Assembly (NCBI GenBank): GCA_973895155.1 | Contig: OZ316892.1 | Coordinates: 448,917-512,916 of the forward strand | Reading direction: 5' to 3' | Length of the DNA: 64,000 nt | Origin: Marsupella aquatica | Taxonomy: Eukaryota > Plantae > Marchantiophyta | Part shown: positions 1 to 11,040 of the stretch, piece by piece | Layout: every line of letters begins with the position of its first letter | How positions within the stretch are numbered: position 1 is the stretch's first letter | Translations under genes and position numbers: made by a program | The notes under the pieces: model-generated | Databases searched by the model: none | Seen by the model: the letters and a program-made list of their open reading frames with translations, nothing else | What the model was told of the DNA's origin: nothing

Positions 1-2060
1 ATCACTCCAAAGTCATACAACTTGGGAGTGATTTCCCCAAAGGTGCATCATGCCTTAAGTAAACGCAAAAACATGTGTCCAAAGTGTTTATGTCGCAACT
101 AGTGGTTGGACAATGATGAGTATAGTGTCCCGCGCGCAGTGGAGGGGTTCTCACCTCTATGTGGGGCCACATGGCACTCTAGGGCCCACCTCCAGCCCCT
201 AGCCCCAAACTGGTCATTTGTGCTTTTCCTTAATGACTGCATAAGGGACCCCTCAAATGACCACAAATCCAGTCATTAGACTGATATGACTCTCCATATG
301 ACAGTTTTAATGACCCTGCTTTTAGTCATTGATATTTATGACGGTCCATTGCTCACATATGACCCAATAAAGGCCCTAGTACCTCCAAAGAGAGCCCGCT
401 TTAGATTCCTTGCAAGGTTGGAATATTCCTATACCCTAAACCCGCACCCACACCATACAGGGAAGCACGACTCCCCTGCCCATTCCATTGGTGCAGCACC
501 ACCTCTTGGAGAACCCAAAAAAACTTTTATTTGCCTTTGGATGTGATGGTGTGCATGCATGGCAACACTTTAGGCAAATCACTCCAAAGTCATACGACTT
601 GGGAGTGATTTCCCCAAAGGTGCATCATGCCTTAAGTAAACGCAAAAACATGTGTCCAAAGTGTTTATGTCGCAACTAGTGGTTGGACAATGATGAGTAT
701 AGTGTCCCGCACCTAGTGAAGAGGTTCTCACCTCTATGTGGGGCCACATGGCACTCTAGGGCCCATCTCCAGCCCCTAGCCCCAAACTGGTCATTTTTGC
801 TTTTCCTTAATGACTGCACAAGGGACCAGACAAATGACCACAAGTCCAGTCATTACACTTATATGACATCCCATATAACAGTTTTAATGACTCTACTTTT
901 GGTCATTGGCATTTATGATGGGCCATTGCTCACATATGACCCAATAAAGGCCCTAGTACCTCCAAAGAGAGCCAGCTTTAGATTCCTTGCAAGGTTGGAA
1001 TATTCCTATACCCTAATCCTGCAGCCACACCATGCAGAGAAGCACGACTCCCCTGCCCATTCCATCCGTGCAGCACTACCTCTTGGAGAACCAAAAAACA
1101 GGTTTTATTTGCCTTTGGATGTGATGGTATACATCCATGGTTGCACTTTTGGCAAATCACTCCAAAGTTGTACGACTTGGGAGTGATTTCCCCAAAGGTG
1201 CATCATGCCTTAAGTAAACACAAAAACATGTGTCCAAAGTGTTTATGTCGCAACTAGTGGTTGGACAATGATGAGTATAGTGTCCCGCACGCAGTGGAGG
1301 GGTTCTCACCTCTATGTGGGGCCCCATGGTACTCTAGGGCCCACCTCAAGCCCCTAGCCCCAAAATGGTCATTTGTGCTTTTCCTTAATGACTGCATTAG
1401 GGACCCCTCAAATGACCACAAATCCAGTCATTAGACTGATATGACTCTCCATATGACAATTTTAATGACCCTACTTTTAGTCATTGGCATTTATGACGGG
1501 CCATTGCTCACATATGACCCAATAAAGGCCCTAGTACCTCCAACTAGAGCCAGCTTTAGATTCCTTCCAAGATTGGAATATTCCTCTTCCCTAATCCCGC
1601 ACCCGCACCATACTGAGAAGCATGACTTCCCTGCCCATTCCATTGGTGCAGCACTACCACTTGGAGAACCAAAAAACAACTTTTATTTGCCTTTGGATGT
1701 GATGGTATGCATGCATTTATTTGCAAATTAAAATATTCCCTGTCCAAACACTTGCACAAACATGACACAATTACAACAAAGGATGACAACCTTCCATTGG
1801 TATTGCCCTACTTCTTGGAGAGACAAAAAGGTTTCATTTGCCCCATGGATACGATAGTATGCGCGCATCTATATATGATGACACTTCTGGAAAATCACTC
1901 CAAAGGTGTATGACTTGGGAGTGATTTCCCCAAAGCTAGGTGCATCATGCCTAAAGTAAATGCAAGACATGTGTTCAAATTGCTAATGCTGCAACCAGTG
2001 GGAGGACAATGATTCAGAGTATTGTGTCCCACACTTAGTGGAAGGGTTATCAACTATATC
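1..2060. repeat. ~578-bp tandem repeat, ~3.3 copies (third unit lengthened, last degenerate)
   Basis: ATCACTCCAAAG..ACTTGGGAGTGATTTCCCCAAAG recurs at 1, 578, 1156 and 1894; ORF-track peptides repeat accordingly. Confidence 0.9.
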
Positions 2061-2164
2061 AATGACTCTACAATTATGATAGGTGTCTGGAATGACTATT
2101 GAGTATTTTAATCTTCATATCTCTTGGGTTCTTTAATGACTCTATAAGTAGTCATTTATACAAT

Positions 2165-2570
2165 AAGTCCATAATGATTGTATGTTATTGTAAACATTGA
2201 TATATCCTGATTTTTAGATTGACCCTATATTTAGTCATTTATGCGTCAAGTCCATAATGACAGTATGTTGTTGTAAACATCGATATATCCTAATTTCAAG
2301 ATTGACTCTGGAGTTAGTCATTTATGAGAGAAGTCCATAATGACGGTATGTTCTTGTAAACACTGATATGTCATTATTTCAAGAATGACCCTAGAGTTAG
2401 TCATTTATGAGAGAAGTCCATAATGACGGTATGTTCTTGTAAACACTAATATGTCCTAATTTCAAGATTGACCCTAGTGTTAGTCATTTATGGGAGAAGT
2501 CCATAATGACAATATGTTGTAAACACTGATATATTCTCATTTTCAGATTGACCCTAAATTTTGTCATTTA
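2165..2570. repeat. 83-bp tandem repeat, ~5 copies
   Basis: AAGTCCATAATGA..TATGTT..TGTAAACA..GATTGACCCTA..TTAGTCATTTA starts at 2165, 2248, 2331, 2414, 2497. Confidence 0.9.
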
Positions 2571-2945
2571 ACACCGTTGGTTAAAACGACGGTAATACAT
2601 TTTTTGTCATTTATCACTGTTGTCCAAAATGATCCAAATAGATTTTTGGTCATTTCAATCATTGTCCATAGTGACTATAATGTTGCTAAACACTGATTTA
2701 TCATTGTTGTTATTAATTGTGTCATTTAAGACATGTGTCTAAATTGACCATTTAGGGAAATTGGGTCATTTTGGTCGCATCGGTCATTAGAGACATTATA
2801 CAAAATGACGAAAAAATTAACATTTTGTCATTTCAGTCTATTGGTGATTGTGGACAGTCATTCCCCTGTCATTCTTTTTGTGTCATTAAAACTTTTGGTC
2901 ATTTATTCATCTCTGTCATTGGGTGATTGGTCATAAAGGGCCCTG

Positions 2946-2958
2946 TTTTCTTCTAGTG
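2946..2958 (-). repeat. CACTA terminal inverted repeat
   Basis: Reverse complement CACTAGAAGAAAA; following TTG (2959-2961) is the predicted 3-bp TSD. Confidence 0.75.
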
Positions 2959-4081
2959 TTGGGACCTACGAGGATAAAGAATCGGAGAGAGCCGCTCGAG
3001 AACGGCAGGAGCTCGCTCGACTGTGGGAGCTGCAAAAGTCTGCCAGGTTCTTAGGAGGAGAACTCATCACGGCTGAATTCCTGTGGACACCTACTGGCTA
3101 TGAACTCGACGATCTTCTGTTTTGTGAGAACATAATAGTCGGCATCCGGGAAGCCATCAACCGCTGCAACGACATACACTGGGAGTTGAAGGGTAGCACG
3201 GAGGGGTGGACGAAGGCAACCATGCTAGGAGAAACATCCACGGCAGCAGCTATGAAGAGGAAAGGGAACGCCAACGAAGTGACCACCCCTGCAAAGAGAA
3301 CGAGGTCGGCGGCACCAAGGAAGCTAGCCAAGCAAGGGAGCAGGAGGCAGGACAAAGCCAAAGAAGAGGAGGTCGACCCCATCAATGTCGTTCCGACAAT
3401 AGATGACACCTGGAAAGGCTGGGCGGCGACCCTCCCCGAGGAAGTGCAATTACACTTTGCACGTGAAGAGGATGCATGCTTTACGGCTATGCAAACTCGG
3501 AAGTACCAGGGCTTCATGGCCGGATCCGGCTTGGAAGCTTTCGTGAAATTACCATGGTTGAAGCCAGAGGCGCCGGATTCAGACTTATTAGAATTTGTGG
3601 GATCATGGGAACCTGAGACCAATTCCACATGGGTGTATGGGAAGGATTTCTATCTCACTCCCCGGGTGATTGCCGAAGTGTTTGGCTTGCCGATGGGCAA
3701 TAAGACCAAAGTAGATACCCAAAAGACCTTGCCAGACAAGGAGTTCCGATCGTTCCCAGGGCCATCAACAAAGAATGGCTTCTTTTGGAACACCTGCACC
3801 AACCCGCACATAGGAGAGATCATCGATTTCTTGCGGGTAACCATGCACTGCAACTTGCCAAGGCCAGAGATCGGCAAGGCACAGGTCTACCTAGCGAAAA
3901 GGCCAGACCCAAGCCGGGACTACAACAGGTACCTCCTCACCCAACTGAAGAAGATCTTCAAGGAGGAATAGCAGGCGATCATCATGGGAAGCGTGTCCCG
4001 GCTTGGCTATCACATGTCGCTGTTGTGCCAGTATGCTCGAAGTCAGATCTTTGCCCTGGTACTTCCACTGCAGGCAAGGGC
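2959..4081 (+). pseudogene. LTR-encoded protein of B', N-terminal/middle part (PMD/Athila-ORF-like domain)
   Basis: ORF 3186-3971 matches the family-B LTR ORF (GLEAFVKLPW..LLEFVGSWEPETNSTWVYGKDFYLTPRVIAEVFGLP); premature TAG at 3969; interrupted by element A. Confidence 0.85.
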
Positions 4082-4440
4082 TGTGACGCCGCCGGTATGG
4101 CGAGTAATGAGTAATTCGGTCTAAACCGTGCTTAGCACGCGCGTCAGGGGTATCTTAGGCCGCTATGATTAGCATAATGATAGTATTTAGGTAGCCATTA
4201 TGAGTAGGAAATCATTAGTCAATAAGGGGAATTCATGTTCAGGCTGGCGGCGCGTCACCATTCGCACGTCTGGGTTACGAGCGTGGAGGGGCCCCTCCCT
4301 CGGGTCCGTATAACGAACTTCGGGAGGCGTCCACTAACACGCGGTGACTCAGACCGGCGAAGTGGCCGACACACTACAAGCGTGAACGGTTCAGCCTATA
4401 GGCAACGAGGAGATGTCGGGGGATAGACAAGCCCTCAAGG

Positions 4441-4447
4441 TATAAAA
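4441..4447 (+). promoter_or_regulatory. Candidate TATA box in family A LTR (also 14539-14545)
   Basis: TATAAAA ~360 bp into the LTR and ~100 bp upstream of the likely ATG of the LTR ORF; present in both LTRs. Confidence 0.5.
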
Positions 4448-4548
4448 AGGGAGCCGACCCTTTGTAGTGCACCAGTCCATCAGTCCACGCGCCAGTTTCG
4501 ACCCCAGCTCTCTCGTTCGCTCTTAGTCGCCACTACTATCTCCTCTGA

Positions 4549-7203
4549 ATGTCGCACACGATCCTCTCCAGTTCGGCCATTCGATTCTGGACATAGTTCC
4601 TATCTGGAAGACACTTGGCCGACTCATTGAAACACACCAACCTGCGCCGATACGAAATCGAACGCGAGTACGAGAGAGCCATCCACCTAGCAGGACGACA
4701 CCATTACATCCTTAACTTTGACTACCCGTCTTAGAGCGAGCCTTACCGACCAGTAGAGGTATCTGGGTACTTCTTCAACGGAGACAAATATATCGGTTTC
4801 TAGGAAGCATTGCTTCGGCTTTCGGATGAGGTCTTCAATATCCCAGGTACGATCGACTTGCAATGACATCACTTCGACCACATCCCTGCTCAGGTTCGGG
4901 CTATCATCAACAGCGAGTCCAACACTACCCGTTCGACAAGGTTGTCTGCACTTGCTTCGGAGAACTTCTACCAGCACCTGCAGAGCTTCATGGGAACTAG
5001 ACCCGCAACCGCCGGCGCCGACCCAGTCGACCCCATACCCGTACCCGCACCAACGCAGACTCAGACTCAGGCTCAGGCTCAGCTTCAGTCTCAGTCTCAG
5101 TCTCAGCCTAGCCAGCCCCCACCGCCGATCGCCCCGCCAGCAGTACAAGTACGCTCCATCATCAATGCTGTGGACCTTAGCGACGACGATGAGGCTACCC
5201 CATCCTTGCTTAGGCGGCCCAGAGGAGCAAACACTTAGAGGGCCGACACTACATCGTCCCCTCCCCATGCTCGGACCCAAGGAGCGGCTCCAGCAGACAA
5301 CACGGTGACCGTGGTCGCCCCGGGCCCAATACTAACAGCGGTAGCACTACCTATGCCCGATGGAGAGGATGGGGAGGTGTCACCCTCCCCGAGCCAGTCA
5401 CGGGGGAAGAAGAGGAAGGAACCCACCACTGCATCCGGGTTACCATTGGCCACGGTAGCCGTGGCCAAGGTGACAATGCACCGCATGGGGGAAAACGTGC
5501 ATAAGAACATCCTCCATCCCAAGCATGCGGTGTACCTGAAGACTCAGGGATTCGAGCACCTCGCCTCTCTCCCCTGGAACACTTGCAGGTACTACGGGGA
5601 GGACATGACAGAATTCGTCAAGAATTATGATGACGCACGTCAGCATACTCGGCTGCGGGGAAGGAATATGTCCCTCACGGAAGAACGGCTCAAGATGATC
5701 TTTGGATTATCCAAAGGTGACCATTGAGTCGAATCACGGGCTCCCGGGGGCAAGGGAGCCAAGTACCAATCCTCGAGTTTTCCCTCAGAGGGAGCAGTGG
5801 ACAACGGGTTCGTGATGAGGACCTGCCTCATCCCCGAGATAGCTGAGAGACTGGAGTTCCAAAGGTACGTCCTCCACATGATGGAACCCCGGGGGGAGAT
5901 CTCCGCCGCCCAGGTTATCCAGGTCGAGAACCATCAACCTAGGAAGTGGGCGTCGTACTTCGCTAAGAAATTCCATGAAGAGATGGAGCGGCAAAGGAAG
6001 ACGCTGTACATTGGCGGGAAGGCGTATTTCGCTAGCCACATCGAGATTATTCTTGAGTGGTACGCTCGGTTTGATCGACGAACCCTTCCCCGTGTCAACG
6101 TTACAAAGCTGGTCCCAGCTAGGTGGGTTTTTCCGGCCTTGGAGAGACGGCCCCAACCCGAGGCCCGAAGTCCAGCGGACACGCAAGCTTCACCCACCCC
6201 ACCTCCACAAGTAGTTGTAGTCGTAACCGAGGAGGTACCGGATGGGTCGGTTATCGCAACCGTAGATGCAATCCAACAGGCCGGGCTAAGTACAGAAGTC
6301 GGTACAACGGAGGTCTTACTAGAGCCCGGGTCTTCCAAAGACCCACCGGTGGCTATTCCGGAGAACTGGACATTGCTGCAGGAGGACACTCCAGCCCCTT
6401 CCAACATTACGTCCCCAGGGCTGGATGTCACTGCCCCGGCCCCCGCGCGTGTTGATGTCTGCCCATGCCCAACTCCGGACAGGCACAACCTGAACCACCC
6501 GGAACTCTTCGTACTGGGTACATTTCTGAACGGGCTTCTGGGAGATTTCTCTCATCAAATTTCCCGGGATACCGGGGAGTTCATGGCCCGGAAGGTAGCC
6601 TGTTTCTTCAATCAGGAGTTAGTTGCCGCAGTAAAGGTAGGTCGGGCCCAGTTAGAGGCCCTTTAGAGGATAGAGCGGTACCGGGTGGAGTCCGTATACT
6701 TAAAGAACGAAGTTGTGGCTCAAGAGGCTGAGCTTCTACAACTATGACCCAAGATTGCAGCCGCCGATGAGTTGTTAGCAAAGGCGCACGCCCTTACCGC
6801 CCTAGCCGAGCAGGCCAAAGCTGGGAACGAGGCCGAGATTGCGCGACTTCGGAACCAGATTGACAGTTTGAAGAATCAAACTGTCATCTGGCAGAAAGAC
6901 CTGGAGGAGGCCGAAGAACGGGCCCAGCGGGACACTGCGGAGATAGCCACGCTAGAGGCCGAAGTGGCACGACTCCAAACCGAGCCTGAGAAGCAGGTCC
7001 AGCTGGCGGGCAAGCTGACGAGCGACGCCCAGCAGCTGGAGGAGGCATGCCAGGAGGCAGCGGAGGAGACAGACGCGGCAAAGCAAGAGAACGAATCTCT
7101 GCTGGACCAGGTCCAACTCCTCAAGGCGGACAACGACAAACTTCGTAAGCAGTGGGATGGCCGCTCCCCCTCGGGCGGCTCTGGCAAGCGTGCCAGGCAT
7201 TAG
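4549..7203 (+). pseudogene. Family A LTR-encoded protein (~880 codons; PMD/Athila-ORF-like domain + coiled coil), 5' LTR copy
   Basis: Fragments 4942-5238, 5305-5727, 5797-6666, 6772-7203 join into one protein when compared with the 3' LTR copy; start inferred at ATG TCG CAC (4549). Confidence 0.8.
5057..5113 (+). repeat. CAGnnT hexamer run encoding QTQTQAQAQLQSQSQSQ (also ~15157-15213)
   Basis: cagactcagactcaggctcaggctcagcttcagtctcagtctcagtctcag within the LTR ORF frame. Confidence 0.8.
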
Positions 7204-8114
7204 CGGCGGAGTAGGAATAGAATAGGGTTAGGAATAGCTAAGTTAGGCTACTGGGACAGGCACCTGCCATAGTTATAGCAGCACTGCCATGCTGTCCAGC
7301 CTGTGTAGATTACGATCTTCTAATAAGACACAGCCGTTTTTCAGCCTGACAGTCAGATTAGTTAGGACCTAAGTCAGCAAATCTTCGGGCGGGAGGACAC
7401 TCTGTTCCTCGGCCCTTAGTATTTAGTGCACCCCTCGGTAGAGGTAGGGGGGGTTTTTAGTCTCAAAGTTGGACATCCGTGGTATGTGCGGGGAGTCCCA
7501 ACCTCTGGGAGTGAAAGAGTACCAAGGGGAGGGGGTAGGACTAAGCTCATTGGGCGAGTGCGGAGCCGGGCTCCGTTGTAGTATACTCCCTCGACCTTGA
7601 ACCTGTTCATTCCGAAGCTTTCGGGTCAACCAAGTGTAGGCGCATGTCCCCTATGTAGTAAAATCCTTTCCCATTATTTCCTTCGTGTAAATCAAGATTG
7701 TATGCTTGTGCGCGTGTATGTGTGTGTAAATCTCGTGTATAGGTGACAACGCCGGGCCGAACGCACTACCCGAGTCGTGCACGGGATGTAGCTTGCGGGT
7801 ATGTGGTTGCGAGCATGGGTTGAGGACCTGTATCATAGAATCCAGATCGAAGGCGGACAACACAAAGGCTTAGAAGTCCTTAAGCTGGTGTCGATCCTGT
7901 TATCGACTAAGGTACGTTCCAGCGGCGGAACACAAACCATACCTAGGAGATGTCCGTATCTAACAGTAGGCGCACTTAGCGCTAGTTTACGTGAATTAGG
8001 TGCATTACGTTCTTCCCTCCCTGCCCGAACCCTCATATTTATGAAGGAGGTGCCCGTTTAAAGCTGAAGCCCGAGTTAAGGCCAAGGCTGATGACGTGAC
8101 ATAGCCTTTGTTTT

Positions 8115-8133
8115 TGGCGCTAGATGGAGGGGG
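8115..8133 (+). other. Primer binding site of element A, tRNA-Asn-like
   Basis: TGGCGCTAGATGGAGGGGG just after the 5' LTR; resembles the complement of the plant tRNA-Asn(GUU) 3' end (recalled as TGGCGCTAGAAGGAGGG); identical to the family-B PBS. Confidence 0.8.
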
Positions 8134-8225
8134 CACTCTACATATCGTAGAGGGGAGACATGTGCGTATTCGCCTGGGCAGAATACACCAGGCCCTAGTA
8201 CTAACCATCGCATTTACACGAGTAA

Positions 8226-11024
8226 ATGCCCGTCACTCGTTCTCAAGCAGCTTACTTGAGGAGATTGACCAGCGAACAAGAAGGTGTGACCACAACAAGC
8301 TCCGATTCTTCAAGCTCGGAGGACTCGCAATCGCCCCGACGAATGAACATACCACCGGGACCTTCGGGGTCCGGTTCGACCGGTCCTACTGTGGTTCGTG
8401 TGCCACCACCGCCACCACCTATGGCAGCCGCCCCACCGATGGCCTGCGCTGCCCAAGCTCCTCCACAAATATCACAACGATCGCGGTTTCATTATTGACC
8501 TTTCAAAGGGCATCATGGGGATGATCCGGATGAATGGTTGGATGAGTTTGAAGCCACTGCTAAGGCTAACGGGGAAGACGCCATTAAGTTAATCGTCCTC
8601 CCAGGAGTGATGCAGGGAGAAGCTCGTCCATGGTATAACTCGCTGCCACCCGGGACTACCTGGGCACAATTCCAAGCTGCGTTGTTGCAAGAATTTCGTG
8701 CTATTGGATCCGAGGAGCGCTCTCTATTAAAGATCGGCCAGCTTCACGTGGGAAAAAAGGAGTCCCTGCGAAAGTTCATTCAGAAGTTTCAAAAAATTGT
8801 TGCCAAAATATGGCCCAGGCCTGGTGACGCACTCCAGCTTACATGGTTCCTCCATGGTTTGCCCACGAATATGCAATTCTGGGTGCGCCAGAATAATCCA
8901 ATTTCAATGCAAGCAGCCATAGCGTGCTCCGAAACCTACCGGGAGTCCACCTATAACTCCCGGCAAAGCCAACGGGCACGCCGCAAGAAGGGAAAGTACG
9001 AGACCTTCAGTGACAGTGACTCCGAATCAGACGACGAGAAGAAGAAGAAACGCAAGAAGAAGAAGAAACATCGTTCGACCTTGTCCAGTTCGGAGACTGA
9101 ATCTAGTTTGGATTCAACTTTGAACAGTGGGTCCTCCACCTCCAGCTCATCAGGAAGTGATTCGGAGAGTGAGAGTCGGAGCAAGAAGAAGAAAAGGCGG
9201 GTTAAGAAGGAGGGGAAAATCAAATCTCGTACTCGTAGAACGATACCCGATCCAAAGGCTGCCGAAGCAGACAAGCTTAACAAAATCACGGATCGCCTCA
9301 AAGCACTGTCAGTACATCTCGCGGAAAAGCCGGTGGAGAAGAAGAAGCCATCTGAGATTCAAGCCCATGAATGGTGTTCAAAGTGCTTCCAATACGGGCA
9401 TGTCGTGCAAGAATGCCCAAGATGGAAGAACCGAGTTCACCAGGTGGACTTAGATGATGTCGACAACCCGGGACCTGAAGCAGAGTCCACGAAGTATTTC
9501 TTTGAAGACCCTCCTGATTTGGTGTATCAGATTTCAATGGTGGGTCCGCGTAACTTAGCAGGTAGAACTGCATACCCCTACCCAAACAATGGCCGAGGCT
9601 TCCAAGTTATCAGTAACCCTAGCATTCCTCCTAAACCAGGGATTTGGCGATCCCCGGTTTGTTACAACTGTGAGAAGCCAGGCCATTTTGTGAGGGAATG
9701 CACAGAACCAAGACGCCAGGGGGATGGCCGTGGCACGCCACTTTGTCAAGTCTACAAAACGGAAGCTCATTCCACGGCCAACTGTCCATTGGTAATGGCC
9801 GCTCGAACAAATGCAGCAAGACCAGCCCAGGGCGGACCGGCCACGAGTGATGCGGTCGTCCAAATGATTGCGGTGGAATGGCAAGATGACAACACCAAGT
9901 GGGTGAATCTGGTGGACGTGGCAGAACACCCTAATCCATCTGACGAGGCTGAGTGCTATCGTGTGTCAACAAGAGCCGAACGGAAGGAAGAGAAGCAGGA
10001 GGAGAAACGTAGGAAAAAGCAAGATACTACTCCGGTGCAGCCAGCGATAGATATACCCCCGGAGAAGGACGATGACTACCGACGGGACGACCCAAAGCTA
10101 TTTTTCCCCCGCATCGAAGAATTGGTAAAGAAACAGCTGGAGGCCTACGAAGCTCGGGAGTACCAGAAGGCAATCGATAAGGACATCAAAGCAGCCGAGA
10201 CAACCCGGCGACAGGAGCAAGAAAAGCAAGATAAGCAAGAGGAAGCCAAGCAACAGCCAAAGGAAGAAAAGAAGGAGGACTATGATATTAAGGAGGACGT
10301 AAAGAGTTGCCCGGTTACAGCAACGGTAGGACAACTGCTGCAAAACAATCCACAGTACAGACGGCAACTGAGGGAGTTGCTTACGGGTCGACGACTACCC
10401 CGAGTTGGGACCGCGGATTGCAACATGATATGCGAGGACCTGGGAGCGCCGGACATCTCGATTGAAATTAATAATTGTACCATCAAGATGGTTCTCGTAG
10501 ACGGAGGAGCGGGAGTCAACATCATGACTGAAGAAATGTTAGTCAAGTTAGGATACCTCACGTATCAACCCACAGCCCGAGCTATCAGATTAGCAAACGG
10601 GGCAAGGGTACTTCCATTGGGCACACTTACTCGGGTACTCACTCTGGTAGGAGGGGTGGAGTTCTATCTCAACTTCCTAGTCATGAGGCCGGTTTGGCCC
10701 TCCTCTTATCCGGTCCTCCTAGGCAGGCCATGGCTGTACGGTGGCCGTGTGGTCACGGATTGGGGAAAGAAGGAGCTACGGTTCGGGACACCCACAGTAC
10801 GGGTATCATGGGCAATGGACGATTATCAGGGCGAAACCCCACAGGGACCCGAGGAATATGATTTGGAGACCTCAGAGGAAGAGGAACTCAACATGATTGA
10901 ACTCATCTTGTCCCTGTCCGAGGAAGATGTCTTCGGAGTTGAGGCAACCCGCGAAACACATCTCCTGAATTACCCGAAGGCTGCTATTGAGCCCACCCCA
11001 AGCACCCTCTACTGCCCGGGATGA
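8226..11024 (+). pseudogene. gag: Family A gag-protease (one premature TGA at 8496)
   Basis: MPVTRSQ start; capsid-like DDPDEWLDEFE..GEARPWY; knuckles CSKCFQYGHVVQEC, CYNCEKPGHFVREC and degenerate CQVYKTEAHSTANC; protease LVDGGAG..LLGRPWL. Confidence 0.9.
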
Positions 11025-11040
11025 GGAAACGCAAAAATGA

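Larger units (their letters stand above)
1..2958. mobile_element. Terminal portion of a CACTA (En/Spm) DNA transposon; other end lies upstream of the window
   Basis: Ends in TTTTCTTCTAGTG (2946-2958; reverse complement CACTAGAAGAAAA) exactly where sequence switches to the middle of a family-B LTR ORF; dense GTCATT/AATGAC subterminal motifs and internal tandem repeats, typical of CACTA ends. No transposase in window. Confidence 0.75.
4082..8101 (+). repeat. Family A 5' LTR (4020 bp)
   Basis: TGTGACGCC...GATGACGTGACA; direct repeat of 14180-17620. Confidence 0.95.

Noticed and set aside
286-1913. Repeated short ORFs (MTLHMTVL.., MDNDEYSV..)
   Set aside because: They are translations of the 578-bp tandem repeat; frames and stops differ between copies and no domain is recognisable.
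2165-2570. Regularly spaced repeats as a CRISPR array
   Set aside because: Whole 83-bp units are repeated with no unique spacers; eukaryotic context and no cas genes.
8088-8101. CTGATGA near the family-A LTR end as a hammerhead ribozyme core (retrozyme-like)
   Set aside because: No stem II followed by GAAA and no matching cleavage triplet arrangement.
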